Position numbers and translations under genes: made by a program. Below are positions 45,101 to 58,400 of a stretch of DNA of 64,000 nt, piece by piece. Positions within the stretch are counted from its first letter, which is position 1; every line of letters begins with the position of its first letter. The notes beneath the pieces are model-generated. The model saw only the letters and a list, made by a program, of their open reading frames with translations. It was not told the origin of the DNA and did no database searches. Source of the DNA: Antedon mediterranea (lineage: Eukaryota; Animalia; Echinodermata). The DNA is taken from assembly GCF_964355755.1 (NCBI RefSeq), contig NC_092678.1, forward strand, positions 5,286,422 through 5,350,421, in the 5' to 3' direction.

Positions 45101-48100
45101 ACAACATTAATTGATAACACGGTTTCGTCATTCGTTGCGTCATACGCGCCCGTCAATCGATTGAAAGTACGCCACGTATAACTGTTTGAAAATGGAATGT
45201 AATTTGAGATATAGTGCGCGAATGGTGAATCAGACTCTTTAGAATATAGGATAGCCGAAGGCCGTACTACTAAACTGGCACTTAAGCTCCGACGATGGGG
45301 CAATCATTTATTCAGGTCTTATGCATGTCAAACAACTAATCGTTTATAAGAGCCATCATCATGGTTTTATTATCTAATACAAGAGGTGAAAAAAAATGAA
45401 AGTGCTACATTAATTCATCTTATCCATATCTTAATACGAGTTTATACGGTAATAACACTTTCACTACTCTCGTCTTTATATAATTTAATGTTTCTTATGA
45501 TGCATTGCTTTTATTTCAACCAACACTGCGCGATCAAATAAGCGCCGCGTGCTAATTGCGTTACGTTTCAACGCTTGTGCGGGTTGCGCTATCTTGAATG
45601 TAATTACGGACAAATGCATAATTATTATTCATTAAAAATCGCTTAATGAAAACAAAGCACTAATTACTTCATCCTTAATAAAGAAGAAGAAAATGTATTA
45701 TAATCTATGCATTATTGTAGTTTAGATTGGGAAGAAATAAATGGGTGAAATGTTTTATTTCAACTTATAATTCCTGTATTAAATGCAACATCACATTAAA
45801 GTATACCTCGCTTGTAATAATAAAATATAGTCTAGTGTAAACAGTGGATCACCTAGATAGTATGTGGTTATTACGAACTAATTACCATCAGTATAAGCAT
45901 TAATGTTACCGATGATGTAAAAGAATAAAATATAAAACAAGAATTCGACGCGCGCGTGCAAAATCCATAGGATATTAAACATCATTCAAACGGACGTGTC
46001 ATAGTAGTACGCACGTGCAAAATTACGTTTTTCGTGAGCCTAATCTATATTAAAGGAAGCCGGTTTAACATACCTTTTTACATTTAATTGTTTTTATGAC
46101 CGATACAATTTTAACTTGAAACTACATATTTTTAATAATAGTATTTAATAGTCAATTGGATTTAATACATCTTCAAAATGTATTTAAATGCCTATGTTTG
46201 AGGTCATACTATCCAGGACAAACAAATATAAAAATAGTAATAGTAGAAATTGAATATATCATAAAAGTTTAATTCATAATATTCCTTCTCTTGCGTATAT
46301 TCTGTGGGCCTTTTCCTGGTGTCATTTGACAAAAACATTTCAGGTATTTTGACAACTCTAAAACCTACTATGTTTTGCTGGAAGACAGGATAACAATTTC
46401 AGGAAAATATACTTACTTTTTCCCAACGGTTTACCACATAACTTTGCACATTGGCTTCCAGAAAGTCTATGTTCTATGCAAATATTAGCACAACCTGCGT
46501 AGGCAACTACAAGAAAAGAGATAAAAAATCATGTTTAATACAATACCATATATAACAAAATACGACAAAAACAATGGTCATATTTTATCGTCGTATCGTA
46601 TATTAAGTTTGGTCATTAATGATTAATAATCCTCCTCGTCTTATCCGATTGTCTTATATAAACAGGCAGTGCGTTGCCAGGATTATGACGTCATGAATCA
46701 TAGCAAAAATATCCAGTCCAGTTTTCTGTCATATTAAATTGTGTATACACGTAAATAATTTAAACAATGTTGTGCTTAAAAAACGAAATTAGTATTAACA
46801 TAAAATATCGACCGATCAAGGTTAATACTGATTATTGGACACAAGACACCAACACAATCTTGCATTTTTGCTGTTGCTTTTGTTGTGTTTTGAAATAATG
46901 AAATAAAAAGTATAAAAACCGCAGTAGTATTTACATAATGAACTTGATTGCGTAATGATTTAGACAAAATAAATACATAAACGAAGCGCGAACGCAAGTT
47001 ATTTGACCAATCACAAGCGATGGATTATCAGAATTCTCGCGTGTAATTAACTTGCTTGCGTTGCGTCCTGGGTGAACCAATCAGTATTTTTTTCTCTAGG
47101 ATCTTGCATGTGACAAGAAACTTTGTTTCTTCTAGTACAAGATCATAATGTATTGTTATTTGCCATAAATGAAAATGAAAAAAATTGTTCAAAGAGAAAA
47201 AAAAAATGTGTTAATTGATAACGCAGGTATAAAGAAAGGTATATAAGATTATAAAAGAAAGAAAATGCATTAACGTTAACATGTGTGCGAAACCATTTTA
47301 ACACCATTATTAAGAAGAATGATTGAAAAGGCGAGTCTACTAAACAAAATAATGCATTTTACACTTATTCTTGTTTTATACAAAAATCATTAGTGTAAAA
47401 ATGTGAAACTAATAAGTATTTATTTTCAAGCAAAAGTAAGAAGTAAAAAAGAAAAAAAAATTGATAATTGATAATGTATGTACAAAGAATATAAGTATAA
47501 CTAATATATAAGATTATAAAAGAAATGAAATGCATTGATGATGACATGTATAAAAAATAGAAAATAATTATGGTGAATAATGATAATAGGTATAGAAATA
47601 AATACAAAAATCATTAGTAATTCAAACAGATGATAACAAAAATGCAATTGTATAAACGTATATTACTGTTTATATATGATGTTTGTTTGAAATAAAAGTC
47701 GGATGCTCCCACATAAAGAAAAAAAATAAATGAAAATACTAAATGTTCTTGAAATGAAATGAAAATATTTAGGTCATCTTGTAATACACTTTTCCTAACG
47801 TAGTTGTAAATAAAAATTGATATGACATTTCAAATATAAATTACCCGATATTAATACTTTAAATTACGGTAATACAATTAATGAATATACCATAAATGAT
47901 TTATACAATTACTAAATATGAAAATATTTTCCTAAAACAAAAGAAAAAATGTATGAATAAATGAATAAGTTGCTAGTCTTAAATTACCGAATGTAGATCG
48001 GTTAGATAGAAAAGGAACAACTTGAATTGAATTCAGCAATAATGGCTTTATTTTCATGTGATTGACGTGGACTACAGTGAAGCTTGGTTTCCACTAGAAC

Positions 48101-51100
48101 GTAACGCAAGGACGTAAACGCAACGCAAGCGTTTTAACCAATGACAAGCCAAGTTATAGACAGTTAGCAATCACAAGCGATGGCTTATTTGGTCAATTCA
48201 CTTGCGTTGCGTTACGTCCTTGTGTTGCGTCGCTAGTGGGAACCACGCTTAAGAGAACAATATCCATTGTTATTTTTATACTACAATATTAAACATTTTA
48301 AAGATAATTAATACCAGGGAAGAGTGTTCTTTGGTAATAATATCCCAAGAAATATGAACATTTTGAATTTACATAATGTAATTTTACTGATTAAAATTCG
48401 TTAATCAAACTGTAAATGACAGAAAAAATATTAGAAAAAAAAACAAAATGCCTAAAAAAAATATATGTACGAAAAATAAAATTTTACAAATTTTGATTTA
48501 AATGTTTATATATCAAATTGTAAATGACCGAAAAAAGATTAGAAAAAAAAACGAAAATGAGAAAAAAATATTATTGTATGAAAAATAAAAATATCGTCTT
48601 GTCAACTGTTAATTACTTTATTCTTTTTCAATGTTTTATTTCCGAGTACTCTTTCATCTATTATTGTTCTTTAAGAAAAATTTAAAGCCATTGTGACATT
48701 AGAAATGTTGATTTAAAACATAATGCGTCAATCAATTCTGTTTAAGTAAACAACATAACACAAGTTAACTGTCATTGACATCATGACATGCATACAAAAA
48801 CGTGCGTGTAGGACTAAATGGTTTTCATCAGTTATGGAACGTGCGCGTAGGCCTAAATGGTTTTCATCAGTTATGAAACGTGCGCGTAGGCCTAAATGGT
48901 TTTCATCAGTTATGGAACGTGCGCGTAGGCCTAAATGGTTTTCATCAGTTATGAAACGTGCGCGTAGGCCTAAATGGTTTTCATCAGTTATGGAACGTGC
49001 GCGTAGGCCTAAATGGTTTTCAGCACAACGGGCTCGTAGGCCTAAATGGTTTTCATCAGTTATGAAACGTGCGCGTAACCTAAATGGTTTTTATCAGAAC
49101 GGGCGCGTAAATGAATGTTTCGTTTTGTGATGTCACGGACTTTCGAAACAATAGTACAAACAAAAATATAATTTCGGATACGTGGCCATGAGAGATAAAA
49201 CATTACGAATGAAAACCTTTGATGAGATAACTGGGAAAGTAATTATACCATTATTAAGTGTAGGCCTATCCTATATATCTTATTATTAACCTACAATTAC
49301 CATCATTGTGATGAGGAAAACAGCTGTATGTGTGCCTTGGTAAGATACAACTCACAAAGCCATCATCGTAATAAGACCATGCTCAAATAAATTAAGTATT
49401 AAGTAAACATTACAAGTAAAGTGTCATCTCACAACATCACACTTTGTGTTTACCTAGTTTAATTATCCAATTATGTGTAATATATCACAAGTTATTAGTA
49501 TATTCACAAGGGAAAGTACGCAGAAAAACTCATTTACACTCATTTGACACGAACGTAAACAACGCTTGATGATAAAATTGGTGAAATTGATCCCATTTGA
49601 TGCTGGTATCAAACATTACGAATAATTGCATTCGATGTACATTGCGCTTATTCTTTGTAAAACGCTATACATGGCAACTATTACTACGTGAAAACAATAC
49701 GCAACCTACAGTGGAAGTAATACCAATAATAACAAGTTAACAGCGCATGCTCAATAGAATAAGAAAAGGGTTTTTAAAAAGATATCTCTTTTAACCATAT
49801 AATTGTACATACATGTTTATAAACACATTTTTAAAATATGTGATCTTTGTATATCTTTTGTCATTTTCATTTATTTTTTCATTTATTCCACATTTATTTA
49901 GTCATCAATTACAGTACATCATAATTACAGTACAACTGAAAACAGGGATCCTGCATAAAAAGCTGTAGCTTCGTTTTTTTGTAGGACCCTTTTACATAAG
50001 AACAAGTATATAGAACTTAAATAAACAAAGGTGTTGTTAATCAGCATAATATAGTGATAAAAAGATTTTTTGACCTGTTTTTTTATACATTTATTTTGTT
50101 TCTTTAAGATAACCGGTTTATTACCACCATTACAAGTGAATTCTTTCCACAATTTTGGTCCATATATGTGTATAAACTGTTGACTCCATAAATGGAATAA
50201 TGAATAAAAATGGGCTAAACCCACGAAAGAGAGAGAGAAAAAAAAGAAAAGGGTCATGCAATTGCAGAATTTAAATTTAAGTTCCTTAACCATCAGTGTG
50301 TGTATACATTTTGATCAATATGATGGTGTGTGCGCCACTGAAACCGTTATCGCACCTCACCCAAATCAACCCACCTTTCATCCCACCCACTTTCAGCCCT
50401 ATCATATCAGTAAGTTATTAGTGAAAAAAAAAACTCTAAGGTACTATTACTAAACTATGGTACAGTAAACATTGAGAAATTTGAGATTAGCAACAACTGC
50501 CTTGTTATTTGAAGTTATTGTATTTGCTCTGTTGTTCTTCTTTCAATATAATACACATCAAACGACGACTAACAATCATTGCGTAGCATAATTATTCATT
50601 AATGAAGAACTGATCAAACATCAAAGTGACGGCAACAATATAATCTATTGTGTTTCGCTGTAAATATAACAATGTAGCTATAATTCTATTATTAATAAAA
50701 ACGCGTAGAAGTAGTAATATGATATGATAATAGATACTTAGAGTGACATCGTTAGTTTTAACAACCATACATGACGCACCAGGTTTTTAAAGAAACGACT
50801 TTGACCATATCTAATTTACTTTTATCATTCTTTATATAAAAATTGCCGAGAGATACCATTAACACATATAACAGTACCTGAATGGACAGCGTAAAACGGA
50901 CATGTAACTTTAGAAGAACACATCGTTATTACTACCTGACACACAGATACATTATAGCTTGTAATTACTACTTTCTCAATTTGTACATGGTTGAAAAAAA
51001 AAACCAACACAATATTGATGCGCGCGCTCAAACAAAAACGCGAAAGTGTTCTTCATGCTGCTGTCACTTTGACAACATTGCGGATTAATCAACATTAGTT

Positions 51101-54025
51101 ATGTTAATAGTTATAAACAAGTAATAATACCACGAGGCAAATGACTGCAGGGATAATCAAAACATTTCGAAAATGTTAAATAGATAAATTTAGTTTAATA
51201 ATCAGAATGCAAAATTCGATTTATAAGATTACTTTTTCTATAACCACTAGTTAACAATTATTGAACTATTTAAAAATGAAATGATTGAATATATAACACA
51301 GTAAGACCAAGGTGTTAGGTGTTATAGGAATACTGTTTCACTTGAGACCACATTATAATATGAATAGAGACATTTGTAATAACATGCTACAGGTCCCTCG
51401 ATGAAACAATACAATAAAATAGACACGGTTATGAGATCATGTTCCTAATAAGAGAACTGTATATAAACCTATTATAATGACACTCTGTAAATTATAGAAT
51501 AAAGCTTAGTTCACATTTCGACGCAACGAAAGTAGAGCGCGCGCGTACTGCTATCAGGACGCGGTGGATCATCCACTTCTGCTTGTTCGTACGGTTGGTA
51601 GTACTTCTAGTTCTTCTGTTTTTATCTGGCTGATCATAGAAACAAAATGCTTCAATAATACAAGTATTGTTTGTATGAGGTTATATGTTTCATTTTATTT
51701 ATTTTACTATACCTTCCGGTTTTCCTTAGAGAAATGTCTAACTATTGATTACATGATTTTAATGATGAGCGCATCAAATAGCATGGTCGGAAATTAGTTT
51801 AGCTTCAAGCTACATAATCTCTAATACATATTTTAATGCATTTATGATCTTATTTTAAATGTTGCATTATGCTTTTTGATTCTTCTTCAATCCATGTTAA
51901 TATAAACGCTATAGCCGCAGGGTGTAAATAACAGCATTAGTAATGTTCTTAACAACAAACGACATTAAAGGCCATGGGTAAATAACGCATTCCATAGACC
52001 ATGACTGCTTCCGACTTTAGGACGCGACGCAAGGACGCACACGGCGCGCAACGCAAGTCATTTAGCCAATCACAAGCGACAGATCACTGACTGAAGTGTA
52101 ACATAACCGAATGATCATTTTCTTCTCTTTTTTTGGTACGCACTTGCAAACGTTTCTGGTAAGAATGTTTAATATTTGATTTAATCGAAACATCCCCGCT
52201 GGCTTGCCACCAACATCTCAAAGATGATCCTATCTTAATGACATAAACATTAATACAAATATACATAACATACAGTATTTGCATTATTCTAATACGCATA
52301 CACATTACCATCATTAAAAACGCGCGCGTAAAAATATCGTTATAATTGCATCGACGTGGAAAAGTTGTATTCAAATCTTTATTTAATGTATTAATGTTTC
52401 ATACCACATATCACAAAGACTCCTAAAGAGTGTTGGAACATATTATTAATATCATTCCTACTCTTAATTAAAAAAAATAAATTTTTTTATATTAAACATA
52501 ATCTTATTTAAAGTCTTTTCTAATTTATAATGACACTTAAAAGCTGTAGGGATAACATTGCCATTGATAATAAATGGCAAACTGTTTAAACAACGGTCCT
52601 CCTGAACGATCTTATTATTAATAATAACTATCTCGTTTATATTGATTTATTTGACGCCTAAAGGCACTTATTATTACTATTGTAGTTCGACAACTTACCG
52701 TACAAAATCGAAAAGAAAATTTACTGTACAAGCGGATACAATATTTAATCCAGTTAAAAAAAACTGTCTATACTTTGGCCTAAATATATTTGTTTTAAAT
52801 ACATTGTTTTAGTTAATATTTGTATAATATCGTACGATTAAGATCCTAAAGACTTAAATCTAATGAAGTTCATGAAATACTCTACTTCGATTAAAGTAAA
52901 AATAACCATTTTCACACATCACGAACGAAATGAGACAGCTAACACATCATACTGCAATTACATCATTTCCAAGTGAATAACTTCACGCATTCAAACAATA
53001 ATAATCCTATATAATTTGTTAAAATACCTTTAGTACGGAACATTTAAAAAAAAACCGTTACCCTAAATTTCGAAAGGTATATGGCAAACAGTAGCGAATT
53101 AATTCCCGTGATAGAACTACAATAGGAAGTCCTAAGTTCTTTTAAATACTCCAAAGAAGAAAAGTTACCATGCTGAAAAAAGGGTCAAGCTGAAGGTTTA
53201 AATATAATTGGCAGACGATAATGAAACGAAAATCGCACACAATCGTTGACGCGCGAGTGCGTATAGCTGGTATTGACATTGACATTGATAACCTAGCAGC
53301 TCGCGTGGTAACATTGATAATCTAGTACGCTCGCGTGGTAACATTGATAATCTAGTACGCTCACAACGGGATATTGAGAGATTGGTACGCTCGCGTGGTA
53401 ACATTGTTAATCTAGTACGCTTGCGTGGTAACATTGATAATCTAGTACGCTAGCGTGGGGATATTGATAGACTGGTACGCTCGCGTGGTAACATTGATAA
53501 TCTAGTACGCTCGCGTGGTAACATTGATAATCTAGTACGCTAGCATGGAGATATTGATAGACTGGTAACCTCGCGTGTTGTCATTTTCATCAGACGATAG
53601 TTGAATAACAAGGTGACTTATTTAATAACACACGAGATATTAGTTATTATTCAAGGTCCCCGATGTAATATTTTTTTCATAAGTAATAATAAAACTCGTC
53701 ATAATTTCAGCTAATGAAACGATTCATTTGACGTGTTATTACACTTTACAACCCTCCTAATTTCACACATTTTCCAGATGATTATCATCATTATTGATCT
53801 GAAAATAAGTCGTTTATAATAACGTGTTTCGCATTGTAATAGTGACATCAAAGAATTGAGTAAGAAATATATGGAGCAGTATCCCCGTCTACGTTCATTA
53901 TTGCTTTCATTGTTGTGATGATATTTTACTTTACACAATTAAAAACTGATATTTAACTTACCTGTACTTAAAGTTGATATCCCTAAAATAACAATTACAA
54001 CATACGTTAGATGTCTAACCTCCAT
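42192..54025 (-). CDS. Neuropeptide/peptide-hormone precursor, 107 aa, with a 4-Cys C-terminally amidated peptide
   Basis: Exons 54025-53962, 46506-46417, 42531-42404 and 42233-42192 have canonical splice sites and matching phases (1,1,0). Product: MEVRHLTYVVIVILGISTLSTVAYA / GCANICIEHRLSGSQCAKLCGKPL-G-KR / SEISGLMENQEKIDETASSSIQSALVQHFNKLRPELQRIVLELIVDLEIKEQIEG*. Confidence 0.88.
44577..44904. mobile_element. Kolobok-like non-autonomous element
   Basis: TTAA|AGATGTATTTTCC ... GGACAATACATCT|TTAA; the same end motif occurs at ~1905-1922. Confidence 0.65.
48081..48249. mobile_element. MITE family B (PIF/Harbinger-like)
   Basis: AGCTTGGTTTCCACTAG..ACGCAAGGACGTAAACGCAACGCAAG ... CTTGCGTTGCGTTACGTCCTTG..CTAGTGGGAACCACGCT with TNA flanks. 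Confidence 0.85.
48808..49110. repeat. 39-bp minisatellite (~7 copies)
   Basis: Unit TAGGCCTAAATGGTTTTCATCAGTTATGGAACGTGCGCG. Confidence 0.92.
53280..53577. repeat. 30-bp minisatellite (~10 copies)
   Basis: Unit ACATTGATAATCTAGTACGCTCGCGTGGTA, with a periodic variant unit. Confidence 0.9.
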
Positions 54026-54143
54026 TTTAAGAGAAGTAAATAAGTAAGTAAATATTATACACAAACGACTTCTTTTTACTATTTACAGGAGGAGGAGGAC
54101 GAGAATAATAATAAAAGTCCGGTGTTAGCGCTATTGTATCTAC

Positions 54144-54382
54144 GACTGAATTTGTATGTATTTCACTCGACGTTTAAATCCCATTATTGTAATATGTCAC
54201 GTGATCAGGTATCCTGCTAATCTAGAGCGTGGATTGGTGGATATCCCGGAAGTTTCAGCAATGACCGTAAAATTACGAACGCTTTTCTTAACAATCTTTA
54301 TTAAACAATCTTTATTAAATAAAATAGCCACGTGATTAAAAGTTACGCTTTCTTATCACGTTACGTCATTGATGATCACGTG
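54144..54382 (-). promoter_or_regulatory. Candidate core and proximal promoter of the neuropeptide gene
   Basis: Inr-like TCAGTC (54144-54149) lies ~26-31 bp downstream of TTTAAA (54173-54178). E-boxes CACGTG occur at ~54198, 54329 and 54377, and a CRE-like TTACGTCA at 54361. Confidence 0.5.
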
Positions 54383-55221
54383 TGGCAAACATTTTGCTGT
54401 AGGAGTGTTGGAGATTACATGTTCTATTTTTACTGACCTTTAGGCCTATATAATACCTACTTTTAGTTAATGTATTTACAGTGTGGCCCACACAAAAGAA
54501 ACCTTGTTGTAAATAATATTGACAGTTAAAGACGCTAGGGGTAATCCTAAATAGAAAATCTTAACATTGGCATTTGTTTACTCGCATTTTCAAAATGTTG
54601 AAACCTCACCTTCAAATAAGCGAACACTATTGACTTTGATGACCTTACGTGGCAAAACGCCGATATTGTTTGAATAATATTTTTAATTTTGTATATTTAT
54701 TGTCTTAACGATACTTCCCTTATCTACACGCGAGCGTACGGAGTTGGCCGATGAATCTTTACGTTTGGTTCCCACTAGGACGCAGCGTAAGGACGTAAAA
54801 CGTAAAGGTATATTTTCTGCTCAGTTTTGATATAGAATGTGAAATTGATATTACGTTGTGTCGTTACGTTACATTGCGGCAAGACTTTTTTTTCCAGTGT
54901 GAACGAAGCTTTATTTACAGTCAAACAAATGCATAATTACTTAATCGACACAAAAATAGTAAAGCAGATGAAAAGAGTGAATTTCCGCGTGCTCTTTTGG
55001 AACAGTAACGTGTCGTTTCGCGACACTTTTTTTTCCTCTTCGGAAATTAAACCCCTCATTCTCGGTTCCATCATTGGAGGCTTATTCAACACTATTTTAC
55101 GTATTACACGCTCCAACGAACGCAATCCGGTAATTATCTTCCCTATACAGATGTTGAGTTCGAAAATAAGACAATCATGAATGATAATATGCACAACCTG
55201 AATAGATACAATCGCTTCTTA

Positions 55222-55400
55222 AGCTTGGTTCCCACTAGAACGTAACGCAAGGACGTAAACGCAACGCAAGCGTTTTAACCAATGACAAGCGAAATTATAG
55301 ACAGTTAGCAATCACAAGCGAATAAGCCATCGCTTGTGATTGGTCAATTCACTTGCGTTGCGTTACGTCCTTGCGTTGTGTCGCTAGTGGGAACCACGCT
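55222..55400. mobile_element. MITE family B, best-preserved copy; degenerate copies at ~46980, 52020, 54765, 55957, 56485, 56855, 58025 and 61645
   Basis: Near-palindromic element with TTA TSD on both sides. Confidence 0.85.
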
Positions 55401-58400
55401 TTATGCGTTGGTGTTTATAATAAACCAAAAACTAAATATAGACCGTTCTAGATTTTAGCCCTATATTCAGAGAAATATTTCAACAAAATGAAAATGTTAA
55501 TACTGACATTTATGAAACAAAACAATGCATTCTTCTTTAACGTACAAACCTTGTGGTCGGCGTCACTTCCTGTTATCTACAAGGAAATTACGAAAAATAT
55601 CTACACCCCATTATTTTAAATTTAATAACTAAAATGAAAACTATGACATAACACGCTGGCAACTATAATACATTACAAAAGTAGTAGAGTTCATTGACCG
55701 TAAATTAATTAAAATAGAATCAATTAATATTTCTTGATCAATTTTTATTACATAATACTGTATAATTTAGTAATAATTCATATAGTTTTATTACTCGTGG
55801 CTATGGTAACATTTAAATTTTCCATGTATTAAATTTCCGAAAATTTATTTTAATAAAGTCATAACTGCCAAATAATTGATTTTTGCATTGTTTATTTTTA
55901 AATAAAAACATTGACAAACAATCTTTGTAAGGAAGCGTTTCAATGCATTAATTAGGCTAGGATATGCAACGCGAGGCGGGGCGTACGCGCAACGCAAGCG
56001 AATTAACCAATGACAAGCGACAGTTGTGATAATCCCTCGCTTGTGATTGGTCAATTACTTGCGTTGCGGCGTTTTAGTGGGAACCAAGTTTGATAGCAGA
56101 ATAAGACCATCCCTTTTTCTGTTTCGGGTTATAATTTTGAGCAAAATAATCCAGATTACTCAAGTTTGGTAAGAAATGAAGGAAAACATCTGATAAGAGT
56201 TGACGTCATTTGTAACTATGTTATTTTATGTGCAAACAACATTCCAGTAATAATTAATAATAATAAAAAAAACACGCCGAAATTAAATTCTCAATTTCAT
56301 TATTATGTATTAATAATTCTCAGAGAATTGTGATATAAAGCGGTTAGTAAACAATAATGATTGATTTTATAAAATGAACGAGTACGGCAACTACAACACG
56401 TAGGTGGAATGCGATGAGACGGACGGGCGGGCGGCAGGAACTGGTTGACGTCATACGCAACTGAATAATTATTATTAAAGAATCTAGGTTCCCGCGACGA
56501 GGTATGCGCAACGCAAGTACGTTGACCAATCACACAGTTACATAACGGTGCGGTTACGTCTATTACACCTCAATGTCCTACATGATGTAGGCACATGTTT
56601 TTGCGCCAAACTACTCGATAGGTGGTACGTCCGTAGTATTGTGGCGCGTCGTGAAAAGGAAAACAGACAGATAATCGTAATACTTCGGGTACGACTCATG
56701 TTACACAATTCCGGATCAACTCCGCATTTTTGCTGGCGGTGTAAAAGGGGTTTAAGTTGCTAATTAGCTGATCATATGGACTCATCTTCCTTTATCAATT
56801 CAAGTCATACGCCGTCATAGAATTAATCAATGGTATTATATAATCAGTCGATTATTGTGATTGGTCAAATTAGTTGCGTTACGTGTACGTCATTGCGTCC
56901 AAGCTAAAATAATTATTTAAACTTACTTACTTGTTTCTTAATAACATCCACTTGAAAATAATAATTGGCCAAACCATTATCATAATACTTTCTTTGCGTC
57001 CATTCAAAAATTCACTTTCCGTTTTTAACATCGTTGACTGCTGCGAAACTAAAACAAAACTATAATCAATATGGTAAGAGTTTTAAAAATGATTACGTCA
57101 TACAGGCAAGATGACGTCCTAAATGTTATTACGTCATACACTCAGTAGGCCTACCTAAAATGCTTATAAAGGTAATTTGATATGTTAAATATTCTAATAA
57201 TAATTGTGTAATGTGTTATTATGATGAAATGTTTTAAAATAAACATGGTCATCTTTTAAATTATCGATGAGGTTAAAAGGTCAAACGTCAGTGACAGATG
57301 ACGTCACAAGGAAAATAATCGTTGAAAAACAACATTGTTTACTCACTTGTTTACGTAACTCCGGATATAACATAGTTGACTTATATTAATGTGATTTGCA
57401 CTCTTCCACTTCTACGTTTAGAGAAATACAGCTCATTGAGCTATGACGCGCTCACGACGCTAAAAAAACGTTCATTATTGCACGCGGGCGTTTATGCTCT
57501 TCATAAAGTAGCATTTCAATAAAGATATTTTTCAGTAAAATATCTTTATGATGGATAACATATTATTATATAATTTATGGTTTTTCCATAGTATTATTAT
57601 TATAAGAACTAGCTATGATTGTGACGTGGCGTTTAGAGTCTAGCTGGATAATGTCTATGGGATTAACTGGATTCCCAAGAGTATTCTGGTCGCTATAGAA
57701 GGTAATTACTGAGGTAATTGATTCAGAAATGGATATCGCCACAATTTGTTTGAAAAATATGAATAAAACATGAATATTTTAATTTACGTTACAGTAGACT
57801 TATGTTAATTATATTTTAATTAAATTGATTGAAAAGTTTTTCTTTTGAAATATAAATATTCTATTCATTAAAGTTAATCATACTACTACTCTTATGAAAA
57901 TGTAATCAATTTGGATTGCATCAGTAGGTATACTAGTTTTCTCGGGTGATAGTTATTTTTTTTTAGGTTTATCAAGAACAGTTGACAAAAGCTAATGTAA
58001 ATGCATTACGTCATCCCTAAAACATTGCTTGGTTCCCAGGAGACGGACGTAGGCCCTAAACGCAAATTGACCAATCACGGCACGATGACAGATGATCCAT
58101 CGCGTCGTGATTGGTCAAATTTCTTGGAGTGCGCTTACGTACATACGTACTGTATTGGGAAGCTTAAAACTGGCATTGGCAATAATATTCAATGTCATGA
58201 CACGTCACATATCACCCCACTTGCCAAGTCCACCCACAAAGCCACCCACACTTTTAATAACCTCCACGTCTCACAGTGGCGAAACATTTGTTTCATCGAT
58301 ATTTGAACGCGAGACTCAAATTTTGCGTCTCTTCCGACTGGCATGTAACGAATATAGAAAACAATCTGTATAATGCTATTCTCGTTCGTTTTATGAGGAA

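Noticed and set aside
48783-49130. Repetitive ORF with RARRPKWF units resembling a multi-copy neuropeptide precursor
   Set aside because: 39-bp minisatellite with no signal peptide and no amidation Gly; it lies antisense within an intron.
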